A stretch of DNA of 64,000 bases, taken from contig JASTWF010000328.1 in NCBI GenBank assembly GCA_030390025.1, positions 124,001-188,000 on the forward strand, given 5' to 3'. Positions 1-11,010 of this stretch are shown in pieces. The notes beneath the pieces are model-generated. The model had not been told where the DNA came from. It did not search any database and was given only the letters and a program-made list of their open reading frames with translations. The position numbers were made by a program, and so were the translations under genes. Positions within the stretch are counted from its first letter, which is position 1; the number at the start of each line of letters is the position of its first letter. Source of the DNA: Squalus acanthias. Its lineage: Eukaryota.

Positions 1-366
1 AGGGTATTAGAAGGGCAGGATTTACTGATGGGAAACTCAAACCAAACATCATGTCAAGATCTGACAGAGTCACTCCATTCATCAGGATCTGAATATCATC
101 GGCCTTTGAATGTGGAAGGAGGAATGTTTGTCTGTTCTGTCTGTGGGAAAAGATTTCAAACATCAGTGTGACTGGAAAAGCACCGAGACACACACACCCG
201 AGTGAGAGTGTTCCAGTGCACTGACTGTCGAAAGAGCTTTAACCAGTTACACAGCCTGAAAAAACATCGCACCATTCACAGCGGGGAGAAACCGTACACG
301 TGTTGTGTGTGTGGACGAGGCTTTAACTGATCGTCCAACCTGGAGAGACAGAAGGACACCCGCACC

Positions 367-873
367 ACGGAGAAACCGTGGAAATGTGGGGACTGTGGGA
401 AGGGATTCAGTTATCCATCCCAACTGGAAACTCATCGATGCAGTTACACTGGGGAGAGGCCGTTCACCTGCTCCGAGTGTGGGAAGGGATTCATTCGGTC
501 ATCCCACCTGCTGACACACCAGCGAGTTCACACTGGGGAGAGACCGTTCAGTTGCTCTCACTGTGGGAAGAGGTTCAGGCAGTCATCTCACCTCATTGCA
601 CACCAGCGAAATCACACTGGGGAGAGGCCGTTCACCTGCTCCGTGTGTGGGAAGGGATTCATTCGGTCATCCAACCTGCTGACACACCAGCAAGTTCACA
701 CTGGGGAGATGCCATTCACCTGCTCCGTGTGTGGGAAGGGATTCACTCAGTCATCCAACCTGTTGGCACACCAGCGAGTTCACACTGGGGAGAGGCCGTT
801 CACCTGCTCCGTGTGTGGGAAGGGATTCAATCAGTCATCCAACCTGCTGAGACACCAGCGAGTTCACAAGTGA
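367..873 (+). CDS. C2H2 zinc-finger protein (locus A, class I). Six finger units from a candidate ACG start; upstream stop-interrupted fingers lie in the same exon (3-366)
   Basis: Frame 1 reads T(ACG)[13 protein letters not shown]...TGERP linkers...HQRVHK* with no stop from 331 to 873. In-frame TGAs at 169-171 and 328-330; acceptor AG at 1-2. The start codon is inferred. Confidence 0.7.
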   Translation, partial: TEKPWKCGDCGKGFSYPSQLETHRCSYTGERPFTCSECGKGFIRSSHLLTHQRVHTGERPFSCSHCGKRFRQSSHLIAHQRNHTGERPFTCSVCGKGFIRSSNLLTHQQVHTGEMPFTCSVCGKGFTQSSNLLAHQRVHTGERPFTCSVCGKGFNQSSNLLRHQRVHK

Positions 874-1010
874 CTGCAGAGGTTCGATTCTGCTGTTATT
901 GCTGCTGTTAATCACATCCAGGACTGAACCATGTTCATTCTGAAAGTTGGGGTTTGTTTCTGCTGATATTAATAACCCCTATAACTGGGCTGGAGTTTAA
1001 TATTCTGGAT
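874..1010 (+). other. Conserved ZNF-family 3' UTR block
   Basis: Near-identical block (CTGCAGGGGTTGGATTCTGCTGTT...GGACTGAACCATGTTCATTCTGACAGTTGGGG...) follows the stop in most paralogs: 17915, 21342(-), 28410(-), 29567(-), 49317, 62249(-). Confidence 0.85.
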
Positions 1011-1394
1011 ATATAGCTGAGTGACTTGTCGGGGCTGCAGTGTTCGTTTAAGAACCGCTGTCTGATCTTTCCCCTTAATTTCTGATGAGAGTCCCTGAAT
1101 TATTTTACAATAAAATTATGAACTTTTACTTCAATCCTAAATTGATCTTTGGTACAAAATCTGCAATTCAGTGTCTGAAAGGTTTCACTGATTAACATCT
1201 CCAATTAGAAAGTGCTGATTAATCCTCGCTGACAATTCTTACTGACTTGCACATTACACACAGTGGCACCTCCATTATCCACCAGAAAGAAGGGGAATGG
1301 GAATTGGTGGAGAATCGAGAGTCCCCAAATGTTGCCCCTCCCGTCTGGTACAGCAATCCCCTCGGCACGGGAATGGAGACAAGTCCAGTTATAG

Positions 1395-1590
1395 TAACGG
1401 GATGAGTTAAAGGTATTTACTCAGACGGGCGGAAGGTGGGAAGTGGTGTTCCACGGGGATCGGTGCTGGGACCACTGTTGTTCACCATTTATATCAATGA
1501 TTTGGACTTGGGAATCAGAGGTACAATTTCAAAATTTGCTGATGACACTAAATTGGGGGGTGTAGTTAATACTGAGGAAGACTGCGATAG
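1395..1590 (+). mobile_element. CR1-type LINE RT fragment
   Basis: SGVPRGSVLGPLLFTIYINDL...KFADDTKLGG motif; inverted duplicate at about 20625-20820. Confidence 0.85.
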
Positions 1591-2359
1591 CATCCTTGTA
1601 GAATTATTCAGTTGTGTTCAGTAAATAGCAGCATCTTTTAATTTGCTTTGACTGATCACATCACTATATAGTTATGTGAAAACAGAAATCATTAACAGCT
1701 CCCAATTTCAGAATTGTCAGATTCAAACTCAACTTCTTCCAAGTACAATCTAACATTTCAAAAATTGTAATGGATGTAGGCGAGATATTAGGACTGTTGT
1801 CTAACACAATCCAAACACAGTGACACACAGACCGATGGGCAGGTGCAGCTTCACAGCGAATCCTTTCAAGCCTCACTAAAAAGTGGCAGACTGGCAATCC
1901 ATTGTTCACTAATGGAGTTGTGATCTTTGTAAATTAAGAAAGGAAATGCATGGGAATGTGTCAAAAGAGTTGATTAACAGAGTGGGGCATCATCTCCCTT
2001 TGATTTCTATTTCTGACACCAGGCAACAGAAAAAGGTAATTACAACACGACATAAACAGACTCTTCAGGTGTGAGACATCAGACTTCAGAACAACACGTC
2101 TGCCAGCTCTGGCCACAAACCTCAGTACAGTCAACCTTTCAGCAGTGCAGCCCTGATTAAATAACTAGTAGTTTAACATGTCTAGTAGAGCTTTTGTATT
2201 TCTATTCAAAATAGAAAAAATCTATTTCTGACACACACACAAATGTCGCTACAAACTTCCCTTAACTCCAACCCACTGATTTCTGTTTTGTAGCCAGCTT
2301 TCCATCCATTCTGCTGCCTGGCCCTTCACTCCACACGGCCTGACCTTGGTCATCTTCTA

Positions 2360-3450
2360 GATCTTACAAACTGTTATGGATAGCAAGCTGGTCACAAAAC
2401 AGGAAACAGCGAGTAGGGGTTGGGAGTAGCTACTCAGACTGGCAAAAGGTGGGAAGTGGTGTTCCACAGGGGACCACTGTCGTTCACCATTTACAGAAAC
2501 GGTTTGGACTCGGGAATCGGAATTACAATTTCTAAATTTGTCGATGACAACAAATTGGGAGGTAAAGTTAATACTGAGGAAGACTGCGACAACATGCAAG
2601 AAGACATTAATAACTCGCAAATGAATTTCACTATAGATCAGTGTGAGGTGGTGTGTTTTGGTAGGAAGAATAAGGAGGCCACACACTACTGGAAAATAAG
2701 AGTCTAAATGAGGCAAAGGATCCAGTGGCACAGATACACAAATCACTAAAAGTAGCGACGCAGGTTAATGAGGCCGTAACAGGAGCAAACAATGGACTGG
2801 GGCTCATTTCCAGAGGGATAGAATTGAACAGCAGAGAAGTTATGTTAAACTTGTGTCGGACATTGGTTAGACCACACTTGGAGTACGGTGCACAGCTCTG
2901 GTCACCATATTATAAAAAGGATATAGAGGCACTGGAGAAGGTGGAAAAGAGATTTGCAAGGATGATCCTAGAACTGAGAGGATATATTTATCAGGAAAGG
3001 CTGAACAGGCTGGGGCTCTTTTCTCTAGAATAAAGAGAAGGCCGATGGGTGACCTGATCGAGGCCTTTAAGATTATGAAAAGGTTATAGAGGGTGGACCT
3101 GGAGAAAATGTTTCCACTTGTGGGGGAGTCCAAAACTACAGGTCATAAATATAACACAGTCTCTAATAAATCCAATGGGGAATTCAGGAGAAACTTCTTT
3201 ACCCAAAGAGAGGTAAGAATGTGGAACGTGCTACCACAAGGAGTAGTTGAGGCGAATAGCACAGCTGCATTCATGGGGAAGGTAGATAAGCACATGAGGG
3301 AGAAAGGAATAGAAGGATATGCTAATAGGGTTCGATGAAGAGTGGTGGGAGGAGACTCGTGTGGAGCAGAAACACCGGCATTGACCAGTTGGGCCGAATG
3401 GCCTGTTCCTGTGCTGTAGACTCTGTAATTCGATGTAACTCTGTGTAACT
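2360..3450 (+). mobile_element. CR1-type LINE, 5'-truncated and degenerate (RT C-terminus plus 3' UTR)
   Basis: KFVDDNKLGG, LVRPHLEY..Q.WSP, RRNFFTQR motifs; 3' end GGGCCGAATGGCCTGTTCCTGTGCTGTA with a short-repeat tail. Confidence 0.9.
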
Positions 3451-4559
3451 ATGTCTTCTGACTCCTGACACAGCTGGAAAAGCTTTTACTATTATTACCA
3501 CAATTGTGCAGCATCTTCCAAAAGATCTCTTAGCTTCTCTAATGGTTGCTTTTGACTCCCTCAATTGTGGGTGATATTTGTCCCTATTCTCCTGTAAACT
3601 GAACTCACCTTGATCTGAACTGGGTTCAATGTAAGACAGTTTGGGGAGTCAGGAATCATTCACCCCTAGACCTACGCTGGCCGGTAAATCCCACACGGTT
3701 CCTCAGTAAGGATTCCTCTGGTTCCTCACCATATATTTGTCAGGATACTGAAACCCAGCTTTCTTACAGTCCACTCCTGGAGGCCCCACTCCCTGAGCCT
3801 ACAACCTTCAGCAGGGTCAGTGGTGGAGTTCCACAGTGGGAGTGATTCCAGAGTAACTGTCGGGATCGCACCCCCGTGGATGTTCCGGGTCGTGTATTTT
3901 TAGTTATCCTGGTGTCTAACACACACACATCAATAAAACAGGGAATTCCTGGAAACACGCTGCAGGTCCTTCTTTATCTGGAGATCAAATGTCTGTTGTA
4001 TAATTGTATCAGCAGTTAACAGGCTCCTGTGAACTCCTCCCTCTGCTATTTTAATGCAGGCTTTAGCCAATTTATATTTTAACCTGCCTTAAAATGGTAG
4101 ACTCAGGACTGTCACATAAACACTTTAAATCTTCATAGAATAAATGCCAGTCATTTTTAAACTGGAAACTTAAACCTGCCGTTTCACTTTCAGTCAGGAA
4201 CAGATCGCAGTTTTACACCAATCTCTGATTTGACAGCACGTTTCCAGCATTCACTGTTGTTCTTCCTGACTCTAAACACAGTTGTAAAGGAGCCTTCTGT
4301 TCCGTGTCTAGGAGCTCTGAACCATGGAAGAGAGCGGCTGGGACACATTTCTTACAGGCCTCAAGATTAACCCACACGGCGACTTTGCTGTCGGTGAAGA
4401 CAGACGAGAAAGACCAAAGTGCCGTTTGCCCCTCTCAGTGTGGCCCTGAAGGATTGTGTCCAGGCTGAAGTTCTGTTCCCGCCGTACGATCCTCCCCCAG
4501 ATTGTCCTTTCTGAGCTCCAGCCAGGTGATGCTAAACACTCAGGTGAGAAAGACAAAAA

Positions 4560-4793
4560 TCTACAACAATGTGTGGAAAACAAAGCTGACACATATCAAG
4601 AATATTAAACTCCAGCCCAGTTACAGGAGTTAATAACATCAGCAGAAACAAACCCCAACTGTCAGAATGAACATGGTTCAGTCCTGGATGTGATTAACAG
4701 CAGCAATGACAGCAGAATCCAACCCCTGCAGTGACTTGTGAACTCGCTGGTGTGTCCGCAGGGTGGATGAATCAGTGAATCTCTTCCCACACA
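4560..4793 (-). pseudogene. ZNF 3'-end remnant (last finger plus 3' UTR) fused to a promoter cassette
   Basis: VCGKRFTDSSTLRTHQRVHK followed by the family 3' UTR; the usual TGA is TCA here. Confidence 0.8.
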
Positions 4794-4794
4794 C

Positions 4795-5190
4795 GTGACC
4801 CGGGCCCGCGGCCTGATTGACGGGAGCTCCCGACCAATAGGGAGCGAGCGGGGCGGGGCTGGAGGAGCGAGCCGGCGGCGGGACCTCCAACCAATCGGGG
4901 AGCCCGAGGGGCGGGACTAGCGCCGGCTGATTGTCTGATCCGCGGGGCAGCGAGTTTCTCCAGTCCCTTGTTCAGGGGCCAGGGGAGGCTGTGGGCCTTC
5001 TCCTGATAAATCGGTGAGAAGCGGCCGGCCGGAGCGGAGTAATAGTCCGAGGGTGAGCGGATAGGCTTCATAAACAACTGGCATAGGCCGGATGCCCCGA
5101 ATATTACCCTGAAGGTCCCGCGTTTGCAGCTTCGGGCTTCTCCCGGTCACAGGCCCAGACTAACGGCCGCCATCTTGATTCAACTCCCGG
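4795..5190. promoter_or_regulatory. CpG-island promoter cassette (E-box, CCAAT boxes, GC boxes, YY1-type GCCGCCATCTTG)
   Basis: CACGTGAC, two CCAAT, GGGGCGGGG and GGCCGCCATCTTG (about 5165); CCAAT cassette repeated at 14015-14225 and 21960-22070(-). Confidence 0.65.
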
Positions 5191-5194
5191 TGCA

Positions 5195-6042
5195 GGCGAG
5201 AGGCCCAGCTGCCAGTGCGGAGGGGCCGGGGCCATAGCGAGAGGCCCAGCTGCCAGTGCGGAGGGGCCGGGGCCATAGCGAGAGGCCCAGCTGCCAGTGC
5301 GGAGGGGCCGGTGCGATAGCGAGAGGCCCAACTGCCAGTGCGGAGGGGCCGGGGCGATAGCGAGAGGCCCAGCTGCCAGTGCAGATGGGCCGGGGCGCTG
5401 AGTTAGAGGCCCAGCTGCCAGTGCGGAGGGGCCGGGGCGATAGCGAGAGGCCCAGCTGCCAGTGCGGAGGGGCCGGGGCCATAGCGAGAGGCCCAGCTGC
5501 CAGTGCGGAGGGGCTGGTGCGATAGCGAGAGGCCCAACTGCCAGTGCGGAGGGGCCGGGGCGATAGCGAGAGGCCCAGCTGCCAGTGCAGATGGGCCGGG
5601 GCGCTGAGTTAGAGGCCCAGCTGCCAGTGCGGAGGGGCCGGGGCGATAGCGAGAGGCCCAGCTGCCAGTGCAGATGGACCGGGGCGCTGAGTTAGAGGCC
5701 CAGCTGCCAGTGCGGAGGGGCCGGGGCGATAGCGAGAGGCCCAGCTGCCAGTGCAGAGGGGCCGGGGCGATAGCGAGAGGCCCAGCTGCCAGTGAAAGCG
5801 AGAGGCCCAGCTGCCAGTGCGGAGGGGCCGGAGCGATAGCGAGAGGCCCAGCTGCCAGTGCGGAGGGGCCGGGGCGATAGCGAGAGGCCCGGCTGCCAGT
5901 GCGGAGGGGCCGGGGCGTTAGCGAGAGGCCCAGCTGCCAGTGCGGAGGGGCCGGGGCGATAGCAAGAGGCCCAGCTGCCAGTGCGGAGGGGCCGGGGCGA
6001 TAGCGAGAGGCCCAGCTGCCAGTGCAGAGGGGCCGGGGCGTA
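5195..6042. repeat. GC-rich 41-bp minisatellite, about 20 copies
   Basis: Unit GCGAGAGGCCCAGCTGCCAGTGCGGAGGGGCCGGGGCGATA. Confidence 0.95.
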
Positions 6043-6714
6043 GGGCCCAGTGTGGAAGATCCAGAGGAGAGTGGCCTGAGCGGGAGACCCAGCACGGAGA
6101 GCCCCAGGTGGGGGACTCAGGGTGGAGTGGCTGGTCGGCAGAGGTGGAGTCGGGAGATGCGGTTGGTGAGCATTGCTGCACTGGTTCTAAAAGTTGCAGA
6201 ATGGTCTCGGGCCTGAATGAGTTCCAGCGGCCCAGCATGTGCTCTGTCCGGCGGCAGCTGTGAGGCTTTTTCTTGGTCATGGGACCGGTTTATGCGACGC
6301 CATATTGGTGGAGGAAAGACAAACTGTTTCCATCTGTAATGTGGCGCGTGAGCAGTTACAAGATGGAAAATGTGAATGGTTAAAAGACGGAAAATAAAAG
6401 GAAAGTAAAAGACAGAGCAAAGTAATATCGGTGAGGAATGATGAGTATTCTTTGATGGTTGGGTCCTGTGAGCGATAACAGCAAGCAGAAGAAGATTTGA
6501 GTGTTCGGTCTTTTTACGGGATTTCAGGAAGTGGATGGCTTCTTTTTCCGTGGAAGGGCTGAAGACTGTGGACAAGGACTATGACTTTACATGGTTCGAC
6601 AACATCAAATGATATTCGTTAATGGATTGCCAATAGGACTGGCGTAGAACTGGTATTTAATTGTTTTGTTGGGAAGGTTTCAGGTTTTCTGTTTGAAAGC
6701 AGTTTACTTGAAGC

Positions 6715-7363
6715 AAACTGCGGATGCTGGAAAATTGAAACAACAACAGAAAACGATGGAAAAACTCAGCAGGCCAGGCAACATCCGTGGAGAGAGAAAC
6801 AGAGTTAACGTTTCAGGTCGAAACCCTTCGTCAGAACTGAGAAAAGAGCAGGAAATGAAACAGATAAAAATGCAAGGGGGAGGCTGGGGGATAACTATGG
6901 TAAGTAGAGACATTAAGAGATGCTCAAGGCAAGACGAGATGGTAATGGGACAGGTTTAAGAAACAAAAGGTGAAGTGTGAAATGCTGGCAGAATGAGAGA
7001 CAGCTGCCGTAGGGGGAGAGAGAGAAAAAAAAGGAAAAAGGCACGAACCAAAAGAGTGGATAAAATGTATATATATGTGGTGGGGGCCGAGGTTATGATC
7101 TGAAATTGTTGAACTCGATATTGAGTCCGGAAGGCTGTAAAGTGCCTAAACGAAAGATGAGGTGCTGTTCCTCGAGCTTACGCTGAGCTTCCGTGGAACA
7201 ATGCACGAGGCCGAGGACAGTGAGGTCTGAGTGGGCGTGGAGAGGTGAATTAAAATGACAGGCGACCGGAAGCTCGGGGTCACCCTTACGGACTGAACGG
7301 AGGTGTTCCGCAAAGCGGTCACCCAATCTGCGTTTGGTCTCCCCAATGTAGAGGAGATCACAC
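6715..7363 (-). mobile_element. Penelope-like element 3' fragment (GIY-YIG endonuclease C-terminus plus pLTR)
   Basis: GDRFAEHLRSV...HFNS...RKLEEQHLIFRLGTLQPSGLNIEF; 11-bp TSD TTACTTGAAGC at 6704-6714 and 7364-7374. Confidence 0.88.
6803..6838 (-). ncRNA. Minimal type I hammerhead ribozyme motif (Penelope-associated)
   Basis: Minus strand AGTT-CTGACGA-AGGGTTTCGACCT-GAAA-CGTT-AACT: catalytic core, stem II, palindromic stem III, stem I AGTT/AACT. Confidence 0.75.
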
Positions 7364-7509
7364 TTACTTGAAGCTCAATTGATTTTCTGATAAGGACTGT
7401 GGGAATTTGCACATGATGATGTATTGGTGGTTATGTAGGAATTTACTTTGAGGTTATTGTCTAGTGTTGGTGTGTTTGAAAAGATAAAGTAAATTAATAT
7501 TGGTAATTT

Positions 7510-7780
7510 ATTGAACGAATGGACGCTCGAGTGAACGAACGGACGAACGATTCGAACGAACGCATTCATGCATATTGGAACTTACACTCGATCGAACGAA
7601 TGATCACTTGTGCAGTGATAGAACGAACGATTCGAGCGAACGCACGCAGGCGCGCACTTAGACAAATGATACGCACGCACGCATTCAGACATACATATTG
7701 GAACTTACGCTCGATCGAACGAACGCTTGAATGAACGAACGAACAATTGAATGAATGATCGAATGATCGAACGAACAATG
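7510..7780. repeat. Low-complexity GAAC/GAAT/TCGA repeat with internal duplication
   Basis: Runs of GAACGAAC; block CATATTGGAACTTAC.CTCGATCGAACGAA occurs twice. Confidence 0.75.
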
Positions 7781-8664
7781 CCAGTAGGACTGGCGTAAAA
7801 CGGGTTTTTTCTTGGTTTATTGGAATAAGTGTTATCTGTAGCATTTAATTGGATTATGATGGTGCTATGTGTTTGTACACTGTGGTGTTGAAATGGTTTT
7901 TGTTTTATGTGGAGTTAACTTTGAGATTTATTATTTTAAATCTAAAAAGTTGTGTGGTATTGTTTAAGGGTATTTGTACTGTAAACATTATTGATTATTT
8001 GTAAAATTAATCATTGCATTTATATTAACTATAAGGCTGTTTTTAAGGCTTTATTTTTTACTGTGATGGATGAATGTAATGGATTTACTATGTAATGGAT
8101 TTACTATGTAATTGATGAGTTGTATAAGTATTATTGTATTTGAATAAAAAGATTTCTCCAGTCCCTTGTTCAGGGCCCGGGGCCAGGGGAGGCTGTGGGC
8201 CTTTATTCCCCTTATTGGACACAAGGCTCTTTGTCTCACAACACACTGGCTCAGGTTTTAATACAGACTTTTTAAATTCATGAATAAAAGCAGTTAAACC
8301 TCGTGGAACAAAATATTTAATATTTGGGAGTAAAAATACTGTTATTTTTCCTCTGTGGAATTTGTTAGTTTCAGACAATAACAATGATTTGTATTTATAT
8401 AACGTCTTTAACGTAGTAAAATGTCCCAACGCGCTTCACGGGAGCGTTATAAAACAAAATTTGACACCGGGTACAAACCAAGCATATTCCCATAAGGAGG
8501 AAAGATGGGGCGTCCAAAGCTCGAGCTCCCTGGATGACAAAGGATATAGAGGTTAGAATAAAACAGAAAAAGGAGGTTTACGACAAATGTCAGGTACAGA
8601 ATACAGTCAAAAACCAGGAGAATACAGAGAGTGCGGGGAAATTGAAAAAGGATATATGAAAGAA

Positions 8665-9125
8665 AGACTTGCATTTATATAGCGCCTTTCACAACCACCG
8701 GACATCTCAAAGCTCTTTACAGCCAATGAAGTACTTTTGGAGTGTAGTCACTGTTGTAATGTGGGAAACGCGGCAGCCAATTTGTGCTCAGCAAGCTCCC
8801 ACAAACAGCAATGTGATAATAACCAGATAATCTGTTTTTGTTATGTTGGTTGATGGATAAATATTGGCCAGGACACCGGGGATAACTCCCCTACTCTTCT
8901 TCAAAATAGTGCCATGGGATCTTTTACATCCACCTGAAAGAGCAGACGGGGCCTTGGTTTAACGTCTCATTAGAAAGACGGCACCTCCGACAGTGCAGCA
9001 CTCCCTCAGCACTGCACTGGAGTGTCAGCCTAGCTTTATGTGCTCAAGTTCCTGGAGTAGGACTAGAACCCACAACCTTCTGACTCAGAGGTGAGTGTGC
9101 TACCCACTGAGCCATAGCTGACACA
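8665..9125 (-). mobile_element. tRNA-derived SINE with Deu-like central domain
   Basis: Minus strand TGGCTCAGTGGGTAGCAC (A box), GGTTCTAGTCC (B box), GCACTGTCGGAGGTGCCGTCTTTC core. Confidence 0.82.
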
Positions 9126-10434
9126 AGGGAGAGAATACGAGAAAAGATTAGTGGGTAACGTAAAAGGGAACCCAAAAATCTGTTATAAACGTATCAAAAG
9201 TAAAAGGATAGTTAAAGGAATGGTGGGGCCGATTAGGGACCAAATAGGAGCTCATCATACAGAGACAGAGGACATGGCTGAGGTATGAATGAGTACTTAG
9301 CATCTGTCTTCACAAAAGAAGAGGATGAAGTTAATGTCGCAGTAGAGGACGGGGGAGTAGAGAAATTGGATAGGATAAAAATGGATAGAAAGGAGGTGCT
9401 AAATAGGTTGTCATCACTCAAAGTTAACAAGTCACCCGGTCCAGATGCGATGCATCCTAGATTGCTGAGGGAAGCTAGGGTGGAGACAGCAGAAGCTCTG
9501 ACCACAATCTTTCAATCTCCCTCAGATATATGGGAGTGGTGCCAGAGGACTGGAGGATTGCAAATGTTACACCCTGTTTAAAAAAGGGGAGAGGGATAAA
9601 CCTGGTAACTACAGGCCAATCAGTCTAATGTCAGTGGTGGGTGAACGACTAGAGACCATTGTCAAGGACAAAATTAATTCTCACTTGGAGAAGCATGGGT
9701 TAATAAGGGGCAGCCAGTATGGATTTGTTAAAGGTAAATCGTGTCTGACTAACCTGATTGAGTTCTTTGATGAAGTAACAGAGGGTTGATGAAGGTAGTG
9801 CAGCAGATGTTGTTTATATGGACTTTCAAAAGGCATTTGATAAAGTACCACATAAGAGACTTACTCGGGGAATAGAAGCACAGGGAATGAAAGGGCTGAT
9901 GGTAATTTGGGTATAATTGGCTAAGGGAGAGGAGACAGTGAGCAGTGCTGAGGGATGTTTTTCTGACTGGAGGGAAGTATGCAGTGGGTTCCCCCAGGGG
10001 TCGGGATTAGGACCATTGCTTTTCTTGTTATATATAACTGACCTGGACTTGGGTATAGGTGGACAAGTTTGAAGTTTACAGATGATACAAAACTTGGCAA
10101 CGTAGTAAATAGTGAGCATAGTAGTAGCAGACTTCAGAGGACAGAGACAGACTGTGAAATGAGCAGACACAAGGCAGATGAAATTAAATGAGGATAAGTG
10201 TGAAGTGATGCACTTTGGGAGGAACAACAGGGAGAGGCCGTATAATCTAAATGGGACTATTTTGAGGGGGTGCAAGAGCAGAGGGACCTGGGGGTCCATA
10301 TTCACAAATCTTTGAAAGTGCCACGGCAAGTTGGTGAGGCGGTTCAGAAAGCGTATGGGATACTTGGCTTTGTAAATAGGGCCATTGAATACAAAAACAA
10401 GGAAGTTACACTAAACCTTTACAAATCACTAGTG

Positions 10435-11010
10435 AGGAACATAGGACAGGAGGAGGCCATTCAGCCCCTCGAGCCTGTTCCGCCATTCAATGAGATCATG
10501 GCTGATCTGTGACCTAACTCCATACACCCGCCTTTGGCCCATATCCCTTAATACCTTTGGGTAACAAAAACCTATCAATCTCAGATTTAAAATTAACAAT
10601 TGATCTCGCATCAATTGCCGTTTGCGGAAGAGAGTTCCAAACTTCTACCACCCTTTGTGTGTAGAAGTGTTTCCTAATTTCACTCCTGAAAGGTCTGGCT
10701 CTAATTTTTAGACTATGCCCCGAGTCCTAGAATCCCCAACCAGCGGAAATAGTTTCTCTCTATCTACCCTATCTGTTCCCCTTAATATCCTGAAAACTTC
10801 GATCAGATCACACCTTAACCTTCTAAATTCCAGGGAACACAACCCTAATTTGTGTAATCTCTCCCCGTAACTTAACCCTTGAAGTCCGGGTATCATTCTG
10901 GTAAACCTGCGCTGCACTCCCTCCAAGGCCAATATATCCTTCCTAAGGTGTGGTGCCCAGAACTGCTCACAGTACTCCAGGTGTGGTCTAACCAGGGTTT
11001 TGTACAGCTG
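10435..11010 (-). mobile_element. CR1-type LINE 3' fragment nested in the opposite orientation
   Basis: LYKTLVRPHLEYCEQFWAPHLRKDI...; 3' hairpin/tail at about 10440-10490. Confidence 0.88.

Larger units (their letters stand above)
5000..8152 (+). mobile_element. Putative non-LTR-derived composite insertion ending in AATAAAAAGATT
   Basis: Flanked by a 45-50 bp duplication (4955-4999 / 8153-8203) that is single-copy at about 14176-14227; 3' part shared with the insertions at 22189, 29031 and 31252. Confidence 0.55.

Noticed and set aside
169..330. Selenocysteine recoding of the in-frame TGAs
   Set aside because: The TGAs align to helix positions (Arg CGA in paralogs at site 2), not to Cys ligands, and I see no AUGA/AA/GA SECIS core in the conserved 3' UTR; a SECISearch run would settle it
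378..911. Alternate-frame and antisense ORFs over ZNF arrays (e.g. MEMWGLWEG..., [10 protein letters not shown]...)
   Set aside because: Shadow frames of the 84-nt finger repeat
4795..4960. Histone-gene promoter suggested by the CCAAT boxes
   Set aside because: No histone ORF or stem-loop nearby; the cassette associates with ZNF loci
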